Source: Octopus vulgaris (lineage: Eukaryota). Taken from it: a DNA stretch of 64,000 nt. The DNA lies in the NCBI GenBank assembly GCA_951406725.2, contig OX597829.1:39494001-39558000 (forward strand), given 5' to 3'. Position numbers and translations under genes: made by a program. The notes under the pieces are model-generated. The model did not search any database and was not told the DNA's origin. It worked only from the letters and a program-made list of their open reading frames with translations. Below, piece by piece: positions 25,947-38,260 of this stretch (position 1 is its first letter; each line of letters begins with the position of its first letter).

Positions 25947-26366
25947 GGGATCTTTTCGGTTTGAATGGCAGTTTTCAACATAATTTCTAGGTAACTAAAA
26001 AATTTTAAACTTCGTATACTGGTAGAATGTGTTTATGAAACATCTTTTTCTCTTGGCTTTATTGAGAAAATCCTATAGTTTGTAAGATATTTGTTGGTTT
26101 TTTTTTCAATTTCTGCAATTTCAACCAATCAATGATGTCTATTGAGGTGAAAACATTCTGTGCTGTATGAATATGTCCCTCGTTTAAGAAACAGATTGGT
26201 TTTATTTACATTTGTGAAAAAAAAAAAAAGATACCCTTCTCCCCACCCCTAACCCTAACCCTAAAACAGATTGAAATGCAATAGATCGATACTAGGGTCA
26301 TAATTATGGGTGACAATTTCATATGACACTGCTAGAAAAAACTGCCGTTCAAACCGAAAAGATCCC
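25947..26366. mobile_element. MITE with ~29-bp TIRs, ATAT flanks and an internal (CCCTAA)3 tract
   Basis: GGGATCTTTTCGGTTTGAATGGCAGTTTT ... AAAACTGCCGTTCAAACCGAAAAGATCCC, with ATAT on both sides. Confidence 0.85.
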
Positions 26367-27176
26367 ATATATGTACAACGATTGAGAGAGAGTACGGTAA
26401 ATATATATAGAGAGGGGAAAATTTCTAATGAGAATAGCATAAATGAAAGTGATAGACAAATAGAGAGAGATCTTTTCTGTTACTAATACAAATATTATTA
26501 TTTCTTAGTCACTCTAAAGGAGACTACGGCAGCGGTATTGGAAATTAACAGTTAAGGCAGCGTATTGGCAGAATCGTTACTGCGCGGGGCAAAATGCTTA
26601 GTGGCATTTCGTCCGTCTTTATGTTCCGAGTTGGACCCAGGTTTCATCCTGTTTCATCCATTAAATTCTGTTGGGGTTGGCTTAGCCTTTCATTCTTTCG
26701 GGGTTGATTAAATAAGTACCAGTTATGCACTGAGGTTGATATAATTGACTTAATCCATTTGTCTGTCCTTGTTTGTCCTCTCTGTGTTTAGCCCCTTGTG
26801 GGTAGTAAAGAAATAGGTATTGGATATTAATAGTTATCGTTAAAGCTAATGTGGCAGTTCATAAATATAGGACGAAAGCTGCCATTGATTAGCTTCAAGA
26901 GGTCATTGCCTCTAACTAGCTCTATGACACACAAACCTGTGTCCATTATAACCTTCGAACAGGGTGTCCATTATAACCTTCATCCTATACTTATGGACTG
27001 CCATATTAGCTTGGCGATAACTATTAATATCCAGTACCACTGCCGTAGTCTTCTTTAGAGAGACTTAGAAATAATAATATTTCTATTTTTGAAAACCAGT
27101 GGATGTGTTCCACTGAATTTAGGTAAATAATCCTTCAAACTGACGGTCAGTAGCAACACCTGCTGGGTTCGGCTAC

Positions 27177-27219
27177 TCTGCATTGATAAAGGGCAAATAC
27201 CCTGAAACATGTCTGCAGA
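27177..27219 (+). ncRNA. Minimal type I hammerhead motif, U3-A8 variant
   Basis: UCUGCA-UUGAUAA-AGGG(CAAAUA)CCCU-GAAA-CAUG-UC-UGCAGA: 6-bp stem I, 4-bp stem II, palindromic helix III (ACAUGU), GUC triplet. Confidence 0.75.
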
Positions 27220-28386
27220 TGCCTGACCAGCAAGGGGAAGTGGCTGACCTCCCCTGTTCGAAGATTAAAATGGATACAGGTTCGTGTGTCATATAGCTAG
27301 CTATAGGCGATGGCCTCTTGGAGCTAATCAACAGCAGCTTTCGTCCTATATTTATGGACTGCAATATTAGCTTGGCGATAACTATTAATATTTTCTGTTA
27401 CTCTTTTACTCATTTCAGCCATGCAGCTGTGGTCATGCTGGAGCACCACCACAAATTTTTTGATTTAAAATTAAGTGAAAATTTTCAAATTTGATATTAT
27501 GATTGTTCTTTTTCACACTGAATCTGATTTTGTGATTCATTCACACACACACATTCTCATCTTTATTTATATAGATATATGCTAAAGGTTTGGTGGTGGT
27601 GGTGGTGGTGGCAGCAACTGCGATGTTAGTAATGGTGTTGATCACGGTTGTCATTGAGGCTAGTGGTGGTGAAGGTGGTGGTGTAGTAAGGATTGTTGTT
27701 GTTGTGGTGGTGTTGGTTTAATCAATTTCTAATCAAAGACAATTAAACAATTAAATTGGCTTTATTTAATTGTCTTTTCATAGACTAAAGTGGATTAAAA
27801 TAATATCCACAAATGTGAATAGCTATTCGCAAGTATCTTATCTTGAGAATTCTTTTTCTTAACCCTACCAGAAAGATGATGGAATGGTAGGGTTCATTAG
27901 CAGGATGCAGAGAATTCCTGTTGATATTTATTCCAACTTCTTGCTATATCAGAGATCAAATCTCACATTGGATTTGTACTTGACTACTTGTATCTTTCTG
28001 GGTCCATACACGAAGTACCAGTCTGGGACAGTTGATTGGCAGAATTGTTAGTGTCACATGTGGTGCCTTTGTAATTGCTGTTATGGATCTGTGGGTTCTG
28101 AGTTCAAGCCCTGTCTCCTGTGAATGGAAAAATACTGTGTCCCACAAGAATCAATGAAAACAGTTATAGGCTTGGGAAGTCCATAAGCAAAGTTGGGGCA
28201 ATGGTGGTGGTGGTGGTGGGGTACATTAAATAATGTTACAGTCTCAGATGTTCCACACACAAGCCTTTTCAATTTTTATTTATTATTACATTGCTTTCGT
28301 TTGCAGTGTCAGAGGCATTTCCTCATTGTTAAGTAAGTTTGTGTTACATTATTGCATGTTATTATTATTTTATTATCATTATTGCA

Positions 28387-28422
<36 letters not shown>

Positions 28423-28915
28423 CATTATTATTATTATTATTATTCTATTGTGTCTGGGGAGAGTCATTTTCTTTTTGTGCCTTATTATTTAACACACTCA
28501 CTGGTATAATTTCTACGTTTTTCTATTTTTATTGTCCTAAAAAAAAGAAAAAAAAAGTGGAAATTTTACCGGTGAGTGTGTTACATAATAAGGCACAAAA
28601 AAAAATGACTCTTCCCAGACACAACAGAATATGCTTCAACACACAAACTCATATAAAGAATCTTGCAAACCAAATCCCAAAACGAAATATTATTATTATT
28701 ATTATTATTATTATTCAACTAGCCTAGTGAAATAGCTATGATCTCAATCTCTGTTCCGTTTGGTCTTCTAAGCTCTTGCTTGTATTCACAGCACAAATGT
28801 GTTGAGATGATTGGGGGAAGCCTGTCCAGTGTCGTAGTCTGTCAGGGTTCACCTTGACACTTTTTCTTTCAACGTGCAAAGAGTGGTGATATACCCATTC
28901 TGTAGGATTTGAATA

Positions 28916-29383
28916 CCTCGGCAGAATTTGATCTTGGAGCATAAAATGCTGGAACAGATATAACAAGTCATCTCTTCCAAAATCTTATCAACTCTACCAA
29001 TCCATTATTATGGATTGGCATTTTCTTTTTTCCATCTCGGAGGCTGAATGGCTAAGTTGACCTCGGCAGAATTTGATCTTGGAGCACAAAGAACTGGAAT
29101 TGTTACCACTCTTCCAAAATCTTATCAACTCTACCAATCCATTATTATGGACTGGCATTTTCTTTTTTCCATCTCGGAGGCTGAATGGCTAAGTTGACCT
29201 CAGCAGAATTTGACCTTGGAGCACAAAGAACTGGAATTGTTACCACTCTTCCAAAATCTTATCAACTCTACCAATCCATTATTATGGACTGGCATTTTCC
29301 TTTTTTCCATCTCGGAGGCTGAATGGCTAAGTTGACCTCAGCAGAATTTGATCTTGGAGCACAAAGAACTGGAATTGTTACCA
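28916..29383. repeat. ~137-bp direct tandem repeat, about 3.3 copies
   Basis: AGGCTGAATGGCTAAGTTGACC recurs at 29041, 29178 and 29316; units are near-identical and derived from a decayed family-B-like SINE. Confidence 0.9.
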
Positions 29384-30807
29384 CAACACACTGTATCCGG
29401 CTTGCAAACAATTCTACCAATTGCATTTGTGTATTACTGGAAATACTTGGTCAAAAATATGTCGGTATATTTATCATCGAACACTAGTTAACCTATCTAT
29501 AGTAAAGTGTGAAATCCTAAAGGTCAATTGTATGTGTGGTCGCGTGTGTGTGTCTGTGTTTATATGTGTTAGAGCGCCTAAAGGTCATGATTTACAGTGA
29601 TGGTCATGTGGCAACAGCATGATAATGTAATCAGCACCACTGCATGGTAAAGTTTGAGAGATAAGTGAAGGGGATGATTATATACCAAGAAGAAGGAGAG
29701 TACTTGTGTTAAAGGAGAAGCTAGAGAAACTAAAGGTGGGAGGAAATGTAGTTAATCGCCCCCAACTCCCCCCCCCTCTATCCGGCTGTTGTCAAACTAC
29801 TGCTAGATGAAAGTTCTTGGCAAATAACTATCTGCTTATTCATGTTGGTTGTAGGCTTACCTATCACATTGCAGGTTGAGCAGGATGCTTTTGTAGTTGA
29901 GTTAGTAATTGGTTCCAACCAGCAGCACCCATGAAGAATTTGAAATTTTAATTAAAAAGAAAAAAAAAAAAAAACATGCAGGAGTGGTAGTGTGGTAATT
30001 AGCTTGCTTACCAACCATATGGTTATGGGTTCAGTTCCACCGTGTGGCACCTTGGGCAAGTGTCTTCTACTATAGCCTCAGGCCAACCAAAGCCTTGTGA
30101 GTGGATTTGGTAGATGGAAACTGAAAGAAGCCCGTCGTATATATATATATATGTATGTGTGTGTATATGTTTGTATGTCTGTATTTGTCCCCCCAACATC
30201 GCTTGACAACCGATGCTTGTGTGGTTATGTCCCCCGTAACTTTGTGGTTCAGCAAAAGAAACCGATAAAATAAGTACTAGGCTTACGAAGAATAAGTCAT
30301 GGGGGTCGATTTGCTCGACTAAAGGCAGTGCTCCAGCGTAGCCGCAGTCAAACAACTGACACAAGTAAAGAATAAAGATATTACCAGGGTTTTGTCAGAT
30401 ACTCTAACAATTCTGCCAGTTCACTACTTTGGATTTATCAACCTTGATAAGATGAAAGGTCAAATTGACCTCGTCAGCCTTTTAAAGATAATGAATGTTT
30501 TGTTTAACACCGGATGTAACAGTGAAAATTAATAATAATTTTTGAATTGGACTCTCTTTAATCTTTTACTCTTTTACTTGTTTCAGTCATTTTGACTGTG
30601 GCCATGCTGGTGCACTGCCTTTAGTCAAGCAAATCGGCCCCAGGACTTATACATTGTAAGCCCAGTACTTATTTTATCAGTCTCTGTTGCTGAGCCACTA
30701 AGTTACGGGGACGTAAACACACCAGCATCGGTTGTCAAGCGATGTTGGGGGGACAAACACAGACACACAAACATACACACATGCACACACATACACACAC
30801 ACATATA

Positions 30808-30844
<37 letters not shown>

Positions 30845-33194
30845 GACGGGCTTCTTTCAACTTCCATCTACCAAATCCACTCATAAGGCTTTGGTTGGCC
30901 TGAGGCTATGGTTGAAGACACTTACCCAAGGTGCCACGCAGTGGGACTGAATCAGGAACCACGTGGCTGGTAAGCAAGCTACTTATCACACAGCCACTCT
31001 ACAATTTTAAAAAATAATATGGATCCCTGAATCAGTTACTGACAACTTGTTCATTTAGTGTAAACTAGATGAGTCTTGTTGTGAAATGGTTAAAAAAAAA
31101 GAACTGAATCTCATTGAAATGTTTACAATTACAAAGAAGAATCAGTCCTTGTTTTATGGACTCCAAGAAAGACTCAGTTACTCATGCAAATTAGAAAGAG
31201 GGCGGTCGCCTGGCTAAAAGCTGAAGTTTAATTTTTTGACTGAGTAAAGATAGAGAAAGGGGCAGTGCTGGAGAAAGAGTGTTAGCAAAATGAACAAATC
31301 CAAATTAGCATAGGAGCTGAAGACAGATATTATGAATGAATCAAGACAATAGACAGTCCTGCTATATTCTGCAGAGATGGTAAATATAAGATATACTGTA
31401 TTTGAGGGTATATGGAATGCATGTTTTCAACCCTCTGGCATTTAGATCAACCATATCTGGTCCAAATATTCTACCTGTTTAATGTTCAAACCAACCAGAT
31501 CCAGTCTCTCACACCTACTATATAATGTCATTCTTAAAGGAAACAATCACATAATTGAAATTTTGAAGCTGTGAGATAATGAATGATTAATTCTAAACAA
31601 TGTCAATAAATAAGCATTATATTTGACAGAACAATCTGAATGCTAAAGGGTTAAAAAAGATCACCCTGAGTCCAATCTGCAAAGTTGTACCTGTACTACA
31701 TACTTTAACCCTTCAGATTATTCTGGCAAATGTAGTGCTTATCCACTTAGTTTTGAATTAATCATGCATTTCCTTGTAGGTTTCAGATTTTGATGATGTG
31801 ATTGTTTAGTTTGAGAATGACTTCCTAGGATTGGTGTGAGAGGCCAGATCCAGTCAGTTTGAACATAAAACAGATGAATAAGGCAATCCTTCGGTATAGG
31901 TACCATAAGTACTGGAAGTGGCTATTTTTACATTTCTGAAGATAGCAGAAACCCTTTTCTCCCACCCCTAACCCCAGCCTCCCATATATATATATATGAA
32001 AAAAAAAACACTTTCTTGAAATGTATCTGGTACTTCCGGTACCTATACCGAAGTTACGCCGACAAATAATTTTGGTCTAGATATGAGGACATTGCACTCT
32101 CGATAAGGAGATTATGACTTCAATTCCTAGACCGGGTGTTGCGTTGTGTTCTTGATCAAAACACTTCATCTCACATTGCTCTACAATCACTTCAACACCT
32201 GATGCTTGGTACACAGTGCACCTGTTCAGGTAACGTTGATTTTGATGGAGAGAGAGAGAGAGTGAGCTCATGTACAGCACATACATTTGATCATTATAAA
32301 CAAATCCGTTTGCGCAGGTCATTCGAGAAAAAGCTGAATGCTCATGCTATCTTCAACAGGAGAATCCGTCAAATGTTAAAGGGTTAATGCACTAGAATTT
32401 TACATCATCAACATCATCATTTAACGTCCGCTTTCCATGCTAGCATGGGTTGGACGATTTGACTGAGGACTGGTGAACCAGATGGCTGCACCAGGCTTCA
32501 ATCTGATCAGGCAAAGTTTCTACAGCTGGATGCCCTTCCCAATGCCTACCACTCCGAGAGTGTAGTACGTGCTTTTATGTGCCACCGGCATGAGGGCCAG
32601 TCAGGCGGTACTGGCAATGGCCATGCCCAAATGGTGCTTTTTTACGTGCCACCTGCAAACTGGCACAAGTGCCAGTAAAGGCGACGCTGGTAATGATCAC
32701 GCTCGAATGGTGCTTTTTACATCCCACTGGCACGAACGCCAGTTAGCCGCTCTGGCAACGATCACACTCAGATGGTGCTCTTAGTGCTCCACTAGCATGG
32801 ATGCTAGTCATCGAATCGGATCTTGAATATACTCTTCTGAAATTGGGATGTGTTTAATATACTTGTGCTCTTTTATGCCATCAAATACTGCATGTTTGAT
32901 AAAAAAAATGTTGTTATTTAACCCTTTCAGATTACTCTGTCAAAAGTATGTATTCTCAGTCATATTGTTTTGAATTAATCATGCATTATCTTGTAGCTTT
33001 GAGAGTTCAGCATTGTGATTTACTTTTCTTAGAATGACATTGTAGGGTAGGTGTAAGAGGTCAGATTAAGCTGATTTAAATATAAAACAGAATATTTCAG
33101 TCAAATGTGGCTGGTTTAAATGCTAAAGGATTAAAAAGATAATGATGTTAATTTTCGCAGCGTGGAACGTGTTTATAAGCTTTGTGCACAAAGT

Positions 33195-33245
33195 TTTGTC
33201 AGTGAACAGGTCGCGGTCTGAAAGCGACGAAAATATTTTGACAAA
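33195..33245 (+). ncRNA. Minimal type I hammerhead motif, G3-C8 variant
   Basis: UUUGUCA-GUGAACA-G-GUCGC(GGUCUGAAA)GCGAC-GAAA-AUAU-UU-UGACAAA: 7-bp stem I, 5-bp stem II, palindromic helix III (AAUAUU), UUU triplet. Confidence 0.7.
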
Positions 33246-33424
33246 TTAAATTTAAATGTTGAAGTGAATCTAACAGTTTCTGTGTGTTTCTTAAATGGCT
33301 TATAAACACCCTCCACGCTGCAATTGTTTTCGTTCCAGCACACGACCTCAGATTAAGTCACTTGCTATGCAAGTACATCTCTGATGTTAATTTCTCTTCT
33401 GTTTTATTTTTTCTTTCTTTTTAG

Positions 33425-33536
33425 TCTACAACTGGACTGTTGATGATGTCGTCGATTGGTTAGTTCACCATGTTGAATTACCTCAGTATGTAACGAATTT
33501 CCAAACTTACAAAATCGACGGATCAACGTTACCAAG
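33425..33536 (+). CDS. STIM1: STIM internal exon, N-terminal half of SAM domain
   Basis: TTTTAG acceptor and GTAAG donor. 112 nt, phase 1 to 2, joins the previous exon in frame: (V)YNWTVDDVVDWLVHHVELPQYVTNFQTYKIDGSTLP(R); cf. human [38 protein letters not shown]. Confidence 0.96.
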
Positions 33537-33959
33537 GTAAGGGCTTTTGTTTTTTGTTTTTTTTTTGTTTTATATTTCTAATTTTACAGCATAATTATAA
33601 ACTGCTTAATTTGTTGTAATTCATGATTTGATAACATTAATGATTTAAATTTTGGCAGTGTACTTACCAGACATGTGATTTGATCTTGAGATCACATGTT
33701 GAAACGAAAATCATTATGGTATGAAAGATACGTTTGCCATTGAAAAAACACGCGAAGACTGTTAGCTTTACTTAAAAGCGTTTATTATTTGTTATTTTAT
33801 AATTTGTTATTAGTTTTTGTGTGTTACTGAATGCCTAAATGGTGTCTTCCACATTGTAACCATTTAGAATAGAAAGTGAAAAGGAGCTTAATACAGCATT
33901 ACGTGATTCATTATTAATGCTACATAAGATTGTTTGTGATTAATTTTACTGTGTAAATG

Positions 33960-34594
<635 letters not shown>

Positions 34595-34595
34595 G

Positions 34596-35670
34596 TTTGG
34601 CTGACCGGTTCGCGGAACACCTTCGTGACATCCACCTTGCGAACGACACACCGGTCTCACGCCATTTCCGCTCCACCGGTCACTCCTTGCAACACCTATC
34701 TGTGTTCGGTTTGTCCTTACACAGAGGCCATCCGGATTCCCGTTTGCGCCGTGAACAGGAATTAATCTTCTCTCTTCGCTCTTATACGCCATTTAGTCTC
34801 AACTCTCCCCCTCCTCATCTAACCCCCTCCCCCTCCTCACCTATCCTCCCCCCGACCCCTACTTCTTCAGTCCTTCATCCTTTCACCCCTACTCCCCTTC
34901 CCTTCTTCCCTCTTTCTCCCTCCCTCCTTCCCTCTTCCCCTTCCCTCTGCTCCCTCACTCCCCTTCTCTCTCCCCCTCTCCCTCTTTCCTCCTTCCTCCC
35001 CTCCCCTCCCCTCCCCTCCCCCTCCTCTCTATCCCCCCTCTCTATCCCCCCTCCCTTCCCCTCCCCTCCCCTCCCCTATTCTCCCCTCCCCTCTTCCCCC
35101 CCTCCCCCTCTTCTCCTCACTACACCACACGACTTTACACATCACATCATATATGATGTGCCATACTAATACATACTAATACGTACTAATACATACTAAT
35201 ACATACACCAACCCTATACACACACGTCCAGACCCCTCATACGCACTTATACTCTCTCATACACACACACACACACTTATACATACTAATACGTACTAAT
35301 ACATACTAATACATACTAATACATACACCAACCCTATACATACACACGTCCAGACCTCTCCTACGCACTAATAGCTGGTCATTCAACCCTATTATCTCCC
35401 CTTATTTCGCTCTCGCGTCTCATGTTTGATCTTTGACCTCTGGCCGAAATCAGATCGCCATGTTGATTCGTTAGTTACTGCACGCATTTTTTTCTCTCCT
35501 TCTTTCTGTGTTTTTTTCTCTCTCTGTGTATCTTTCTGTTGAAGAGCGTAGGCTCGAAACGTTAAAGACTTGTTTTATTTATATTTCCTGAGCGCCATAC
35601 TAATACAATTGTTTGTTTGTTTTCCACCTGCCTTCATCTTTTGTCTATTTTCATAAAGCTTCCCGTTATA
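34596..35670 (+). mobile_element. Penelope-like element 3' end: GIY-YIG endonuclease C-terminus plus terminal repeat with hammerhead
   Basis: [60 protein letters not shown] is typical of the PLE GIY-YIG C-terminal half; followed by a pyrimidine tract, a duplicated ACATACTAAT block and the HHR at 35531-35568. Confidence 0.85.
35531..35568 (+). ncRNA. Minimal hammerhead motif in a Penelope terminal repeat (A6U core variant)
   Basis: UCUUU-CUGUUGA-A-GAGC(GUAG)GCUC-GAAA-CG-UU-AAAGA: 5-bp stem I, ACGU palindromic helix III. Confidence 0.65.
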
Positions 35671-35791
35671 TATATATATATATACATTAACAATTGAGGA
35701 TAAAATCTTTAAAAGAAATTATCAGTAGTCAGCGTGAGAAACCTCGTAAGAGAAAAAATCCGTAAATTCCTCCTCTTTGAAAATATTCATT

Positions 35792-36380
35792 TATATTATA
35801 TTGAGGGTACTACTATTCGTAGATACCAACACGCTAAGAGGGACCAATGCGGTCAAAACTACTAAAAATAAACAAAATTTTACCGAATGCAAAACTTCAA
35901 AACACATCATTTTAAAAAAGAATTCAGTTACATACCACATGTGATTTCGCATTTAAATGCAGAATATGCATTTCTATGTTCATCAGTGCAACAAACTCAA
36001 GAAATATAATAGAAAAACATAACATTACAAGCTCGATAGCCAACCGTAGAATTCGTCGTAGCATGTCCGAATGTTTATCTTTATATATCTATGAAAAAGA
36101 TAAACATTCGGACATGCTACGACGAATTCTACGGTTGGCTATCGAGCTTGTAATGTTATGTTTTTCTATTATATTTCTTGAGTTTGTTGCACTGATGAAC
36201 ATAGAAATGCATATTCTGCATTTAAATGCGAAATCACATGTGGTATGTAACTGAATTCTTTTTAAAATGATGTGTTTTGAAGTTTTGCATTCGGTAAAAT
36301 TTTGTTTATTTTTAGTAGTTTTGACCGCATTGGTCCCTCTTAGCGTGTTGGTATCTACGAATAGTAGTACCCTCAATATA

Positions 36381-36385
<5 letters not shown>
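35792..36385. repeat. Near-perfect ~290-bp inverted repeat with 13-nt spacer
   Basis: 35792-36082 is the reverse complement of 36096-36385; the only difference I saw is an A6/T5 homopolymer length. Confidence 0.95.
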
Positions 36386-36411
<26 letters not shown>

Positions 36412-36510
36412 CATATAAAATATTATTAGAGACAAAACCACTATTTTGCAAAACAAACAAGGAAAGACTTAATCAATACATAAAATTTTAATAAATAGTA
36501 AAAAAAACCG

Positions 36511-36553
36511 CCACTACAATCGTTTCTTGTCTTGATCGACAATCTTCAGGTGG
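36511..36553 (-). ncRNA. Minimal type I hammerhead motif with canonical core
   Basis: CCAC-CUGAAGA-UUGUC(GAUCAA)GACAA-GAAA-CGAUUG-UA-GUGG: stems I and II intact, GUA triplet. Confidence 0.8.
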
Positions 36554-36826
36554 ACTTCAATAAGTCAGTTTCAAACTATGAAAAATGCTAAAAAGTATTT
36601 GACAATAAATGCAAACAGAGGATTGTAAAGATGCATTCGATTGTCTTTTGGATTAAAAATGGCATCAGCAATATTCCAGCAAATCATGGATACTATGTTA
36701 TCTGGTTGTGAATTTGCAATCCTGTACTTGAACGATATTTTGATCAAAAGTAATATGACACAAAGCATATAATATGTTTTGACAATATACTTATATACAA
36801 AGCATATATATATATACATATACATA

Positions 36827-36902
<76 letters not shown>

Positions 36903-36917
36903 CATATATATATATAC

Positions 36918-36972
<55 letters not shown>

Positions 36973-36989
36973 CATATATATACATATAC

Positions 36990-37071
<82 letters not shown>

Positions 37072-37113
37072 ATATATACATATACATATATATACATATA
37101 TATATACATATAC

Positions 37114-37153
<40 letters not shown>

Positions 37154-37191
37154 ATATATATACACATATATATACACACACACACACACAT

Positions 37192-37225
<34 letters not shown>

Positions 37226-37264
37226 TATATTATATATATAAAGCTTTGTATAAGCTTTGTTGTG

Positions 37265-38260
37265 TTAAGTACTGGTTGTCACAAAAACTTTAATTTTCTT
37301 AACTATAGCTTTTATGTGTTCCACATGCTGTTCATGAGAATTACTTTTGAGCAAAATATCGTTCAAGTACAGGATTGCAAATTCACAACCAGATAACATA
37401 GTATCCATGATTTGCTGGAATATAGCTGATGCCATTTTTAATCCAAAAGACAATCGAATGTATCTTTACAATCCTCTGTTTGTATTTATTGTCAAATACT
37501 TTTGAGCATTTTTCATTTACTTCTATCTGTAAATAGGCTTCAGGCAGATCTAATTTTGAAAAAAAATTTCCACCATTTAATTTTGAAAAGTTTTCTCTCC
37601 AGTCATGAGTGGATGGTGGTATGTTTTTAAGCAGTCATTCAGTCTTGTAGAGAAATCAGCACACGGCCTAATCTTATATTTTTTTAATACATACTGTGGG
37701 TACCGTACACTTCAAGTAATCCACCTTTTTGATAACTCTGCTCTTTTCGAGTCCGTCTAATCTTCATTTATGGTTTCAATTGCTGCGAACGGTACTTTTC
37801 TGTTTGCTTTAAATACAGGTACAGTGTTTCACTTATTTGGAAATAGGCTTCCCTCTTTCTACATTGACCTAAATCCTCTTATAACACTTGCGGGGACATT
37901 TTGTTCAATTTTTTCTTCAGTTCTTCCAAAGACTTGTTTTTAACGGGGCAGCCACTTATGTTATTGCAGTAAAGATTTATGCGGAGATGCCATAAATTGA
38001 ATAGTTCTAACCAATCTGTGCCAAACAGATTGATTATATTATCCACAACGAATAATTTTGCTTTGCTTGTCTCTCCTCAAAATGTGACTTTGATACATGT
38101 TTTGCCCATGGAATGTAATTTATTGCCTGTTACACCACACACTATTTTTGCTGTTTTATGAAATCTCAGTTTACCATTATTTTTCCACATATCCACATTT
38201 ATAATCAAGATATCACTAACTGTAATTTGGTATTCACATCATTTATTTTTACATGCATAA
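37265..38260 (-). mobile_element. Decayed Ty3/Gypsy pol fragment (protease-RT)
   Basis: FSKLDLPEAYLQIEV and [34 protein letters not shown] (YLDD-like) motifs; upstream NLFGTDWLELFNL retropepsin-like segment; many frameshifts. Confidence 0.85.
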
